Part shown: in pieces, positions 27,132-37,360 of the stretch | Layout: every line of letters begins with the position of its first letter | Position numbering within the stretch: position 1 is the stretch's first letter | DNA from: Candidatus Poribacteria bacterium | GTDB taxonomy: Bacteria > Poribacteria > WGA-4E > WGA-3G | DNA: 64,000 nucleotides | Assembly: GCA_965242965.1 (NCBI GenBank) | Contig: OZ251518.1 | Coordinates: forward strand, 4,576,001 to 4,640,000 | Direction of reading: 5' to 3' | Made by a program: the position numbers and the translations under genes | Notes under the pieces: generated by a model | What the model was told of the DNA's origin: nothing | Seen by the model: the letters and a program-made list of their open reading frames with translations, nothing else | Database searches by the model: none

Positions 27132-27160
27132 ATTATACCCGATAATAATGCAATTGTCAA
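27132..27160 (-). promoter_or_regulatory. consensus sigma70 promoter of the tandem TA operon
   Basis: TTGACAATTGCATTATTATCGGGTATAAT on the minus strand, identical to 6819-6847. Confidence 0.85.
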
Positions 27161-27178
27161 GAGAATCTGAAAGTTAAA

Positions 27179-27640
27179 CGAGGGTGTTTCATAACTCGAT
27201 GGAACCTCCCGGTAGGAGAGACATCCCGGTCTCGATGCAATAGGACGGCGCGCCCCCCGGGGGCGCGCCGGCAGAAAGCCCCCTTCATCGTAGGGCGAGG
27301 GCCTGTCCCTCGCCATCGTCCGCGCAATCCAACGCGCGCAGGGGACAGGCCCCCGCACTACGAAAAAAACGTCTCTTAGGTCCTTTAGGACCTTAATGTC
27401 TATAGCACGCGCGCCTGCGAAGAATACTAAGGTCCTTTAGGTCCTTAATAGTCTTTGCCAGGGCCGCGCGTTTTTTATGAAGGACCTAAAGGCCCTTGAA
27501 AACGGAACGACGCGTTTTTCTATAGAAAGGACCTAAAACGCCACCTTTTGACGATGGCCAATGCGGGGGACAGGCCCCCGCGCTACAGATTGTGCAGCGA
27601 AACCTCGCGAGGGACAGGCCCTCGCGCTACGGAACGCGGG
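27179..27640. repeat. REP mosaic with a single MITE-type end
   Basis: CGAGGGTGTTTCATAA at 27179, then GTAG hairpins and AGGTCC/AGGACCT modules; no second TIR seen. Confidence 0.85.
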
Positions 27641-27650
27641 TGCTTTTTTG

Positions 27651-28376
27651 TTATTCCACCGTCAACGTGATGACATTGGACATCAGCGATGCCTTCCCAC
27701 GACGCGATTGAACCGGCAGATACAACGCCTTCTCCTCATCTTTGTGCTTCGATTTGATAAACTCGATCTGGTCACGGATCTCGTTAATCGCGTCGCGCTT
27801 TACCGCAGCAGTAAGCGCGGCATCCGTGTTGGACTGGAGCCGATTAATCTCCTTCTGCAATTCCACTACCTGAGGATGCAGCTCTATCAGCGACTCGCGG
27901 TAGACTGCCAATTCAACCTCTACTACCAACGTGTAGGTGCCTGCCGGCAGCCGATAGAACTGCTGCACATCTTCCAGTGAGACAACCTGCTGCGTGCCTG
28001 CCTTCAGTTCAAATCCTTGAATACACCGAACCGATTTGCCCTGATGGACTACATATTTTTGCGGGTTCTCCATCGTGATCGGACGTTTACGTTTGACATC
28101 TTCGCTGTTGACATCCTTAACCTGCAGGTTAGTGAAAGCCGCCTTAGTCGCGACGGTAACAAACGGCACGAAAAGGTCGAATTTCCCGTTCTGGATGCTG
28201 ATTTCAAGCGGAATGGCTTCCTTCGCGGCGTAATTGGTTTGCGGAGTCGAGAGGTGAATTTCCGCGAGTACCTGCGGTGCATCGGTTACCTCGGTCGGTT
28301 GCGTTGTCGTCTGCTGACTCCCGAGACAACCGAGCATAACGATCGAAATAAGGCAAAGAGGGATAAAACGTTTCAT
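27651..28376 (-). CDS. hypothetical lipoprotein
   Basis: MKRFIPLCLISIVMLGC signal peptide with lipobox; internal coiled coil. Confidence 0.75.
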   Translation of the reverse strand: MKRFIPLCLISIVMLGCLGSQQTTTQPTEVTDAPQVLAEIHLSTPQTNYAAKEAIPLEISIQNGKFDLFVPFVTVATKAAFTNLQVKDVNSEDVKRKRPITMENPQKYVVHQGKSVRCIQGFELKAGTQQVVSLEDVQQFYRLPAGTYTLVVEVELAVYRESLIELHPQVVELQKEINRLQSNTDAALTAAVKRDAINEIRDQIEFIKSKHKDEEKALYLPVQSRRGKASLMSNVITLTVE

Positions 28377-28386
28377 AAGTCTCTTC

Positions 28387-29475
28387 CTATCCTAATTCAA
28401 GTTGCGCGCCCAGACCGGGACGGTGAGGCACGTCAATAAACCCGTTGACAATTGTTTCGGGTGGGGAGATGAGGGAGGCGCGCCACTCCACTTCACCCCA
28501 CGCGTATTCGAGAATGGCAAAGTTCGGCACACTCGCCATGCACTGCACGCTAGCGGCGGTTGCGACGGGACCGCTCGGATTATGCGGCGTTACCATCACG
28601 TTTCGTCCCTCGGCGAGGGCGGCTATCTTTTTCAAACCTAACAATCCACCGACGTGTTTGACATCGGGCAAAATATAGTCGACGCGTCCTTGTTGAAGCA
28701 GCCGGTCGAAAGCGGAAAGCGTCCGTAAACGTTCTCCGGTTGCGATAGGCATCGAGGTGGATTGACTCACGTGTGCGAAGGCATCCAGATTCTCCAATGA
28801 CACCGGGTCTTCAAGCCAGAATAGCCCCAGGTCATCGAGTTCTTTCGCGACTTGGACGATGATGCCGGGGTTAAAGCGGCTGTGGCAATCTACCATCAGT
28901 TCTACGTCAGCACCGATGGCGGCGCGGATAGCGCGGATTCGCTCGATGCCGAGACAGATTGCAGGCGTGAGGCTCCCGTGCGAGATATTCGCTACCGATA
29001 CATCGTCAAACGGCGCGCATTTTATCGCCGTGAAGCCTTCGGAAACCGCCTTCTCCGCGTTGCGCGCAAAGCCTGCGGGGCTCCTGTCTATCGTGGCGCG
29101 GTTGATATTCGCGTAAAGGCGAATCTTGTCACGACAACTGCCGCCCAACAGTTGATGACTTGGCAGGTTTAACGCCTTACCAGCCAAATCCCAAGTCGCG
29201 TGCTCAATCCCGCTGATTGCGGTATGATAAGCGTGTCCTTCGGCATCGCGATAAAACCGGCGGCGGAATGCCTCGAATTGGAAGACATTCCACCCGATGA
29301 GTGCCGGTGTCACCGTTTCAATGAGATGCGCGACGCGTGCATCGTCTCCGCCGTGCGATGCCTCACCGATGCCGATAGTGCCATCGTCGGCATGCACTTT
29401 GACGAAGAGCCAATCGCCGCGGTGATTGACGTGAACGCGTTCGGTTTCTAGGGCGTTGATTTTGAGTGTGCGCAT
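28387..29475 (-). CDS. mandelate racemase/enolase-superfamily dehydratase (galactonate dehydratase-like)
   Basis: GIGEA, SGIEHATWDLAGK, VDCH, WLEDP, TGERL, PHNPSGP and PGLG motifs. Confidence 0.9.
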   Translation of the reverse strand: MRTLKINALETERVHVNHRGDWLFVKVHADDGTIGIGEASHGGDDARVAHLIETVTPALIGWNVFQFEAFRRRFYRDAEGHAYHTAISGIEHATWDLAGKALNLPSHQLLGGSCRDKIRLYANINRATIDRSPAGFARNAEKAVSEGFTAIKCAPFDDVSVANISHGSLTPAICLGIERIRAIRAAIGADVELMVDCHSRFNPGIIVQVAKELDDLGLFWLEDPVSLENLDAFAHVSQSTSMPIATGERLRTLSAFDRLLQQGRVDYILPDVKHVGGLLGLKKIAALAEGRNVMVTPHNPSGPVATAASVQCMASVPNFAILEYAWGEVEWRASLISPPETIVNGFIDVPHRPGLGAQLELG

Positions 29476-29528
29476 GTGATATGAAACTCCGAACGGGCGG
29501 AGAGTTAACGTCATCCGCCCGGACAGGA

Positions 29529-30176
29529 CTATGCATTAGCCGCCCACTTGGCGGCTTGCGTGACGAACTGCTGCATCCCTGCGCGTTCAAAGGTGCCGGG
29601 CCCGTGGCCTAAAGTGGTATAGAAGACGCGCCCGGAACCGTAGGGTTTCACCCACGCCATCGGGTGTGCCTTGCCGAACCATTCGGCGGAAGCCAGCACG
29701 TGAAGGTTCGGTTCGTGCGCGGAGATGTAGATTTCATCTTCCACATCGAAATCCGCCACGCCTTGCGTCGTCGGGTGCGCGGTATCCTCAATGTGGACGG
29801 TGAAAGTGGAGCCCGGCGGGTGCCAATTTGCGTGGCCGCCGATCAAATCTACGGCGCGTCCGCCGATCCACCAGGCTGTGCCGTGAATGCCGACGAGCCC
29901 TTTGCCGCCGCTCACAAAATTGAACAAACCTGTCTCTTCTTCGGGAGTTAGATCAGGCACGCGCGCCACGGTCCCATCGTCTTGCCGTTCGGTCCGGATG
30001 AAGCCGGTGCCGAAGACGCATGCATCGTAATCGTTCAATTCGTGGGAAGCCAAAACCGCTTTATCGTCGGTGAGGGTGGCTGAAATATCAGCGTCCGCGT
30101 CAAGAAAATCGTGAATGACGGGCGCGCTCGCATTAAAGCGATGGTTTTCACCGGATAGCACGAGAATTTTTGACAT
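29529..30176 (-). CDS. ThuA-domain (class I glutamine amidotransferase-like) protein
   Basis: GGKGLVGIH, DEIY and PMAWVKPYGSGRVFYTTLGH motifs. Confidence 0.88.
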   Translation of the reverse strand: MSKILVLSGENHRFNASAPVIHDFLDADADISATLTDDKAVLASHELNDYDACVFGTGFIRTERQDDGTVARVPDLTPEEETGLFNFVSGGKGLVGIHGTAWWIGGRAVDLIGGHANWHPPGSTFTVHIEDTAHPTTQGVADFDVEDEIYISAHEPNLHVLASAEWFGKAHPMAWVKPYGSGRVFYTTLGHGPGTFERAGMQQFVTQAAKWAANA

Positions 30177-30282
30177 GATTGTCTCCTTTGATGTTGCTTA
30201 CCGTGAGAAATCAGAACTAAACTGGATGAATTGTAAATGAAAACCAGAATTGTGTCAAGTTGTTTATTTTTTTATGTGAGGA

Positions 30283-30800
30283 GGATTTGCAAGATATGAG
30301 CAGGATTTGCAGGATTTCCAAGATTAGCAAGAGAGGAGCAGGATTTCCAAGATTTCCAAGATTATAGGAGTTGGAGACTGTAGTTCGGGATCGCCTGATC
30401 CCGAACGGATGCATGGCGAGGCGAACCCCTTTTCTGGCCCGTAGCGCGGGGGCCTGTCCCCCGCGATCACCCGACCTGCGCGAAAACCGCACGCCAACCC
30501 AAGCCGTTTTCCGTTCTGATAGCATGGGCGAGGGACAGGCCCTCGCCCTACGGTAATCGGCACGCTTTTTTTTCACCGTAGCGCGGGGGCCTGTCCCCCG
30601 CGAGCACACCCGCGAAAAACATCTCTTCAGGTCCGTAGAACCTAGGGGAGAGATAGGAGCCGCTCATCTTGGACATGCTAGGAGGCGGCCCCGCTCTGTA
30701 GGACAAGAGTGCCTGCTCTTGATCCGTTCGGGAGCAGGTGCTCCCGAACTACAGATGTCGGCAGGTCGGCACTCGCGAGGGACAGGCCCCCGCGCTACGG
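30283..30800. repeat. REP mosaic with 9-bp CAGGATTT repeats
   Basis: Tandem CAGGATTTG/CAAGATTTC units, plus GTAGTTCGGGATCGCCTGATCCCGAAC and other GTAG hairpins. Confidence 0.88.
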
Positions 30801-30923
30801 TAATTTTAGGCACTCGGATTGAGGAGCTGGCAGAGGCGCGGCGTTTCCAAGAGTTCTTGCAACTTCTCGGGCTGTTCGTTTAGATTTTCGTGCAGTTCTA
30901 GATTGTCCATTGGCTGCTCCTTT

Positions 30924-32132
30924 TTAACGGCGTAGGATGCGTCCGTTTTCGGCTTTGTAGCCGCGCGTCTCGACCGCAAAATGCAGTGAAAACTTTGGAA
31001 AGATTTCTTCGAGGACCCCGATGAGGTTCGGGCATATTTCGTGTTTAAGTTCTAACAGGTTATAGTTCGGATTCCTAAGTCTCGTCGGGTTAAACATGAC
31101 ATCCCACCAGAAGACATCGGTAAACCTTGCCAAGAATTCGGAGGCGTTGTCGTGTGAATTGCCGTTTGCGACGCAATAAGCCGGTCTGTCCCATTCGGGC
31201 AGGTCTTTTGTATACCCCGGATACGGCTCTCCGTCGATTTCGGTTCGGATACGGATTTTCTCCTTTTCCCGTTCCCATGCTGTGTCGAGGCGTTGGCCGA
31301 AGTTTGGCACGAGGTTTCGCACGGCGATGGCGTATTCTATTGCGTGCACCATCTCATGCATGATAATCTGGTGTCCCCAAAAGTTTCCGTCATCTCCCAA
31401 GATTTCGACATTGGCGCGGGCGAAATATCCTGAAAATGAGCCTACCCAGAATTCTATCTGGCCGAGTTGTGTATTAAGATTCTCGGGCAGGTTGATAACG
31501 TCTTGTGCTTCCGGGTTTGTAAGGACGAGCCGAAAGGGCACATCGTCGCCGCCAACGCCGCCGGGCTGATCGATGGAGAGTGCTTCGCGAACGCCTGGCA
31601 CTTTCGATGTCATGACGAGGACGATGTGTCTCGCCATCTGAAAGAAGGCGTTATCGACATTTTCGCTTCCGACAATGGCGATGCCGTCTGCGTCGATGAA
31701 CTTTTTGTAGAATTTGCGCGGTGCGAGTGAGCCTGCTTTTGTCCAGTTCCCCCAGAGTTGTTCGTAGAGTTCGTCGGGGATGGGGGAGTGCACTTGTCCT
31801 TCAGATGCCATGATTGCGTCCATTTCTGCGGCGAGGCTCAGGTCTGGCATCTCTGGCAGTTCGGGTTCGACGGGTGGCGGCGGTTCTGTCTCTTCCTCCG
31901 TTTCTATCGTCACCGGTGGTTCGTCAGCGGGTGGTTGTTCTTCCGCTGCTGTCCCTTCCTCGACAGGTGTCGTTTTAACGTCTGCCATGGTGACGGCGGG
32001 TTCTTCTGCGGCGGGCATGTCTTTATCGGGTAGCACCATCTCCATGACAGAGTTGGGCGGATCTCCGCAACCCCAGCAGCAGAGCAACAGCAGGGTCAAA
32101 AATAACGTTAACGTTCTGTTCAAAAAGGTCAT
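30924..32132 (-). CDS. lipoprotein with a zinc-metallopeptidase HEXXH motif
   Basis: Signal peptide ending CWGC, acidic Pro-rich linker, IMHEMVH motif, downstream E in ASEFLA. Confidence 0.7.
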   Translation of the reverse strand: MTFLNRTLTLFLTLLLLCCWGCGDPPNSVMEMVLPDKDMPAAEEPAVTMADVKTTPVEEGTAAEEQPPADEPPVTIETEEETEPPPPVEPELPEMPDLSLAAEMDAIMASEGQVHSPIPDELYEQLWGNWTKAGSLAPRKFYKKFIDADGIAIVGSENVDNAFFQMARHIVLVMTSKVPGVREALSIDQPGGVGGDDVPFRLVLTNPEAQDVINLPENLNTQLGQIEFWVGSFSGYFARANVEILGDDGNFWGHQIIMHEMVHAIEYAIAVRNLVPNFGQRLDTAWEREKEKIRIRTEIDGEPYPGYTKDLPEWDRPAYCVANGNSHDNASEFLARFTDVFWWDVMFNPTRLRNPNYNLLELKHEICPNLIGVLEEIFPKFSLHFAVETRGYKAENGRILRR

Positions 32133-32421
32133 GCCGGTCTCCTTAAACTTGGTAGATAATAATCTGGCCGTACCGCCGTGCGCCGCTATCCTGCAACGCG
32201 CAGGGGTTAACGGGCGTTGATGAAGGGGGGGCTTTTCAGGGTGGATGCGTCACCGGCGGGCGCAAGCGCGCGGAATCTTTGCAGCGGGTGCTGCAATACC
32301 GCGGTGACGGTAGGTTTCAGGCGGACAACAATGCCCGCGAAAATGACAGAGAATAGGATTCTCATTTGTTTTTTCTCCTTTAAATTGATGTAAAAATGAT
32401 CGAAAATTAAACACTGTCTTA

Positions 32422-32450
32422 ATTATACCATTTTTTTACGTTTTTGTCAA
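32422..32450 (-). promoter_or_regulatory. consensus sigma70 promoter
   Basis: TTGACA-17 nt-TATAAT on the minus strand with a TG extension. Confidence 0.75.
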
Positions 32451-32465
32451 ATTAAAAAATATGAG

Positions 32466-32787
32466 CGGGATTTACAAGATTATTATGATTAGCAAGATTG
32501 GAACAGAAAACTGTAGTTCGGGATCGCCTGATCCCGAAACGGGCAAGATCAAGGCCGCCTCATCTACCGTAGCGCGGGGGCCTGTCCCCCGCGATCGCCC
32601 GACCCGCGCGAAAAACGCACGCCGACCAACGCCGTTTCTCGTTCCAATCGCGGCATGGCGAGGGACAGGCCCTCGCCCTACGGTGACGACGCTCTAATCT
32701 TGCTAATCTTGATAAATCTTGAAAATCCTGCTCCAATCCTTGCGAATCTTGTAAATCCTGCAAATCCTGCTCCAATCCTGATAATCC
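32466..32787. repeat. REP mosaic bracketed by inverted arrays of 9-bp repeats
   Basis: CAAGATT-type units on the left, AATCTTG/AATCCTG units on the right, GTAG hairpins in between. Confidence 0.85.
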
Positions 32788-32816
32788 TTGACAAAAATCC
32801 TATTTTTTGATACAAT
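32788..32816 (+). promoter_or_regulatory. sigma70 promoter of the symporter operon
   Basis: TTGACA-17 nt-TACAAT with a TG extension. Confidence 0.7.
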
Positions 32817-32861
32817 GTTTTGTAGGAATCCCGAAAAACCTTAAAATGAGGAGAATCCTGC

Positions 32862-33146
32862 ATGAAAACATCGGATAGAAAGCGCGCCTATTGGCGGAAA
32901 AACCTGCAATACCTCGCCATCTTACTCGGCATCTGGTTCGCCACGTCATTCCTCTGCTCCATCGTGTTCGTCGAGCAGTTGGACCGGATTCAAATCGGCG
33001 GCTATCGCATCGGGTTCTATTTCGCGCAACAGGCATCCATCTGGATTTTTGTCGAACTCATTTTTGTCTACGCAATGCTGATGAACCGGCTTGATAAAAA
33101 ATACCGGGCATCCGAAGAAGAATCGGAGGGAGAAACGCAACCATGA
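32862..33146 (+). CDS. DUF4212-type solute symporter small subunit
   Basis: AYWRKNL, GFYFAQQ and YA..MNRLDKKY motifs; overlaps the symporter start. Confidence 0.88.
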   Translation: MKTSDRKRAYWRKNLQYLAILLGIWFATSFLCSIVFVEQLDRIQIGGYRIGFYFAQQASIWIFVELIFVYAMLMNRLDKKYRASEEESEGETQP

Positions 33147-34840
33147 ACGTGCAAACATGGACTTTCGTCATGGTAGGGATCTCCTTCGCGCTGTATATCG
33201 GCGTGGCAATCTGGTCCAAGGCGAAATCAACCGGGGATTTCTACGTCGCCGGGAGCAACGTGCATCCCATCGTCAACGGCCTTGCAACCGCCGCCGATTG
33301 GATGAGTGCCGCCTCCTTCATCTCCATGGCAGGACTCATCGCCTTCATGGGCCGCGACGGCTCCGTCTATCTGCTCGGATGGACAGGCGGCTATGTTTTG
33401 CTCGCGATGTTGTTGGCACCCTACCTCCGGAAATTCGGGAAATACACCGTTCCGGATTTCGTCGGCGAACGGTATTATTCGCAACTGGCGCGGATTGTCG
33501 CCGTGGTGTGCGCCATCTTCGTCTCGTTTACCTACGTCGCCGGACAAATGCGCGGTGTCGGCATCGTCTTCTCCCGGTTCCTGAACGTCAACATCGATGT
33601 CGGCGTGTTCATCGGCATGGGCATCGTCTTCTTTTACGCCGTGCTTGGGGGCATGAAAGGCATCACCTACACGCAGGTAGCGCAATACTGCGTCCTGATC
33701 TTCGCCTATCTCGTGCCTGCCATTTTCATCTCTATTCTTATCACCGACAACGTGATTCCGCAGATGGGACTTGTCGCGAAAGTCGCCGATGGCTCCGGTA
33801 TGTATCTCCTTGATAGACTCAACGGCCTCAACGAAGAACTCGGCTTTAACCGATACACCGATGGGAGCAAAGCCACTATTGATGTCTTTTTTATCACGGC
33901 GGCGTTGATGCTCGGCACAGCGGGATTGCCGCACGTTATCATTCGGTTTTACACGGTGCGCCGTGCATCCGAGGCACGCATCTCTGCGGGATGGGCTTTG
34001 CTGTTCATCGCGATTCTCTATACCACTGCCCCCGCGGTCGCCGTGTTCGCCCGCACGAACCTCCTCAAAACTGTCAGGGTTGAACAGAACGGCGAGATGA
34101 CCGATGTCAAATATCAGGATGTGCCGGAATGGTTCAAGAACTGGGAGATGACAGGACTTATCAAGTTTGAAGATAGAAACGGCGATGGCAAGATCCAATA
34201 CCGCGGCCCGAAATCCGATGTGCCGAATGAACTCACGATTGACAGGGACATCATGGTGCTAGCAAACCCGGAAATCGCAAGACTGCCGAACTGGATAGTC
34301 GGGTTAGTCGCCGCTGGCGGTTTGGCGGCTGCGCTGTCTACGGCAGCAGGTTTACTCCTCGTCATCTCCACTGCTGTCGCGCATGATCTCCTGAAAGGCG
34401 CGCTTGTGCCAGAGTTGAGTGAGAGACAGGAATTAGGCGCGGCGCGTATCGCCGCGGGCATCGCTGTCTGCATCGCCGGATATTTCGGGATGAACCCGCC
34501 GGGATTTGTCGGGCAAGTCGTTGCATTTGCCTTTGGGCTCGCCGCGAGCTCATTTTTTCCGGCTATTGTGATGGGCATTTTCTCTAAACGGATGAACAAA
34601 GCAGGGGCGATCAGCGGGATGATTATCGGTATCACATTTACGGCGACTTACATCATCTATTTCAAATTTATCAATCCGGCACAGAATACGCCGGCGCATT
34701 GGTGGTGGGGCATTTCGCCGGAGGGCATCGGCACGCTGGGGATGATGATGAACTTTATTGTTTCCATCGCCGTATCGGCATTGACACCGCCGCCCCCTGT
34801 TGAAGTGCAAGCGTTAGTTGATGATATTCGGGTTCCGTGA
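33143..34840 (+). CDS. sodium:solute symporter (ActP-like cation/acetate symporter family)
   Basis: ATAADWMSAASF, GTAGLPHVIIRFYTV and AAGGLAAALSTAAGLL motifs; many TM segments. Confidence 0.92.
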   Translation: MNVQTWTFVMVGISFALYIGVAIWSKAKSTGDFYVAGSNVHPIVNGLATAADWMSAASFISMAGLIAFMGRDGSVYLLGWTGGYVLLAMLLAPYLRKFGKYTVPDFVGERYYSQLARIVAVVCAIFVSFTYVAGQMRGVGIVFSRFLNVNIDVGVFIGMGIVFFYAVLGGMKGITYTQVAQYCVLIFAYLVPAIFISILITDNVIPQMGLVAKVADGSGMYLLDRLNGLNEELGFNRYTDGSKATIDVFFITAALMLGTAGLPHVIIRFYTVRRASEARISAGWALLFIAILYTTAPAVAVFARTNLLKTVRVEQNGEMTDVKYQDVPEWFKNWEMTGLIKFEDRNGDGKIQYRGPKSDVPNELTIDRDIMVLANPEIARLPNWIVGLVAAGGLAAALSTAAGLLLVISTAVAHDLLKGALVPELSERQELGAARIAAGIAVCIAGYFGMNPPGFVGQVVAFAFGLAASSFFPAIVMGIFSKRMNKAGAISGMIIGITFTATYIIYFKFINPAQNTPAHWWWGISPEGIGTLGMMMNFIVSIAVSALTPPPPVEVQALVDDIRVP

Positions 34841-34845
34841 GTAAC

Positions 34846-35640
34846 GCGCGCGGGGGACAGGCCATCGCGATGCGGGACAGGAACGTTCCCCCCAACCGTA
34901 GGGCGAGGGCCTGTCCCTCGCCATGCCTCGATCGGGAAGGAAAACGGCCTTGGGCGGCGTTCGATTTTCGCGCAGGTCGTGCGCTCGCGGGGGACAGGCC
35001 CCCGCGCTACGGGCCCGGAAGGGTTCTCCTCAAGGTCCGTAGGACCTTAATGTCTATAGCGCGCGCGCGGATGCAATACTCCTCAAGGTCCTTTAGGTCC
35101 TTAATGTTTCCGCCTGCTGCGCGTCTGATGTCTATTAAGGACCTAAAGGACCTTAGCGTTTTTTTGTCAGCGGGGTTTCTATAGACATGCAGGACCTAAA
35201 GGACCTGAAGAGATGTTTTCACGTGAGTGCTCGCGGGGGCCAGGCCCCCGCGCTACGGTAGGCGATGCCGTCTCCCTTTGCCGTAGGGCGAGGGCCTGTC
35301 CCTCGCCGTGCCTCGATCGGGAGGGAAAACGGCCTTGGGCGGCGTTCGATTTTCGCGCAGGTCGTGCGCTCGCGGGGGCCAGGCCCCCGCGCTACGGGCC
35401 CGGAAGGGTTCTCCTCAAGGTCCGCAGGACCTTAATGTCTATAGCGCGCGGATGCAATACCTCTCAAGGTCCTTTAGGTCCTTAATGTTCCCGCCTGCTG
35501 CGTGTGTGCTGCCTATTAAGGACCTAAAGGACCTTAGTGTTTCTTTTGGTCTGGGATACTATAGGCATGCAGGACCTAAAGGACCTGAAGAGATGTTTTC
35601 ACGTGAACGTTCGCGGGAGACAGGTCCCCGCGCTACGGTG
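34846..35640. repeat. REP mosaic containing a ~385-bp tandem duplication
   Basis: Near-identical blocks starting at 34896 and 35281. Confidence 0.9.
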
Positions 35641-35686
35641 CTAAAACGGGGCCTGGCATCCTATATTTTTCAAACGGAGGTGCACC

Positions 35687-37360
35687 ATGCAACAAAAACT
35701 GATAACGACGACTTTGCTTATCACCTTTTTCGCAATAGCGGCGAACGCAGCGAAGGTGCAAGACTTCATTCCGCAAGAGAGCGCGTTCTATCTCCAAGCG
35801 CGCGATTTGGACGAAGTTTATGCCGAACTCGAATTATCCGAAAGTTGGAAGGAGGCGCAGGCACTCTTGCAGACATTTGCCCCCGAAGCACAACAAGGCT
35901 TCACAATGGGCATGACGCTGTTCGGGACAGACTTGCGCGGACTCGCCGAGACAGTAGGCTATCGCACCGGCATCGCTGTTTGGCAAAACGACGCGGGAGA
36001 AACGCAAATCGGCATCCTCGTCCATTCTGGCGGGAATATCGGGGAGCTCCAACGACTCACCAAAATCCTCGCCGGGATGATAGGCATGAACCAAGGCAGG
36101 TTGATTCCGGAAGCGGGAACATACCGGAAGGTTAACTACAACACGCTTGAGGCTCCTGAACTTTTCATCAACTACGGGTTCGTTGACGAATTTCTGGTCG
36201 CGGGCATCGGGAAAGGCAGTTTCGAGAAACTCATTGATACTTTCCGAAAGCATGAACCGTCTATCGCCAAGAAATCGGGCTTTGCCGCCGGGACTAAGAA
36301 ACTCGGTGCTGGTGAGATTACGGCGTTCGTCGACGTTCAAAAGGCTATGCCGATGCTCAAAAATTTGAGCGACAACAATCTGAAACAATTGCGGTGTTTC
36401 AAGTATGCATACGCCCGGCTCAATTTGCTAGAATCCGGGGAATGCCTTCAGGTTTACACCCAATTCACGCCGTCGGGGCCGCAAGATAAAGACATCCGAA
36501 TGTTCCTGAAGGAAGGAAAGCAACTGCGAACACTCAAAGCACTTTCTGGGGAGGAAGAGTTGTTTGTTGCCGTGGGACCCTCGTATTCGGAGGCGGTATG
36601 GGAATTAGTGCGCGCGGGGATTGCGAACGATGCTGCTGGCGACGTTTACGCTGCCATCTCCTTTTTTGAAGGGATTTTGAACCTCGATTTGGAGGCGGAT
36701 GTGATGGCGGGACTCACCGGCGAACTCGCCTTGTCCATATCCGATTTCCAGCTGTTTGAGCCCGAGGCACTCAGTAACGTTAGAATTCAGTCTGAGAATT
36801 CATTGGAGCTAGATTTAGCCGATGTGGAGACGCAGGGAGGGTTAATTTTCAGTGCCAGCAACCCGGCAAAACTGAACCTTATCGGCAACAGCATCTCTAA
36901 TGCAACTAATGCGGCCGTTTCGCAGATGGATTACCGCGGCACGACAGTGTCCGAGTTCGGCGAGAATGCCTATCATTGCGAAAGTGATGGCCTCTTTCTG
37001 TTCAGTTTCTCGGAAGAGCAAATCTACTCCCTCATTGACACGGTGCAGGAAAAAAAGAAGCCGGCTGCCTTAAAACTGCTACCCAAGAAACCGACAGCGG
37101 TGTTGCAACTCAACCTCGCACGGTTGCTAGAAACGACAGGAAATCCTCTCCCACCGGAAATGGAACTTGTCGATGCAAAGGAAGTTTCGCCGTTGCTTGC
37201 ATGGCTTTCGGTGAAAGGCAATGAGGCGTTAGTGGAAGCGGTCTTCTCTGAAGAAGAAGCACCGCTTGAGGCGTTGGCGCGATTGGCACCACTTATCGCG
37301 TGGCATCTGCAAAATCAGCAGACAGAAACACCCGAGGCGGAAGGAGAAACGCGCGAATGA
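35687..37360 (+). CDS. secreted hypothetical protein (DUF3352-like)
   Basis: Signal peptide ending ANA, GGAGG RBS, GELAL motif. Confidence 0.7.
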   Translation: MQQKLITTTLLITFFAIAANAAKVQDFIPQESAFYLQARDLDEVYAELELSESWKEAQALLQTFAPEAQQGFTMGMTLFGTDLRGLAETVGYRTGIAVWQNDAGETQIGILVHSGGNIGELQRLTKILAGMIGMNQGRLIPEAGTYRKVNYNTLEAPELFINYGFVDEFLVAGIGKGSFEKLIDTFRKHEPSIAKKSGFAAGTKKLGAGEITAFVDVQKAMPMLKNLSDNNLKQLRCFKYAYARLNLLESGECLQVYTQFTPSGPQDKDIRMFLKEGKQLRTLKALSGEEELFVAVGPSYSEAVWELVRAGIANDAAGDVYAAISFFEGILNLDLEADVMAGLTGELALSISDFQLFEPEALSNVRIQSENSLELDLADVETQGGLIFSASNPAKLNLIGNSISNATNAAVSQMDYRGTTVSEFGENAYHCESDGLFLFSFSEEQIYSLIDTVQEKKKPAALKLLPKKPTAVLQLNLARLLETTGNPLPPEMELVDAKEVSPLLAWLSVKGNEALVEAVFSEEEAPLEALARLAPLIAWHLQNQQTETPEAEGETRE

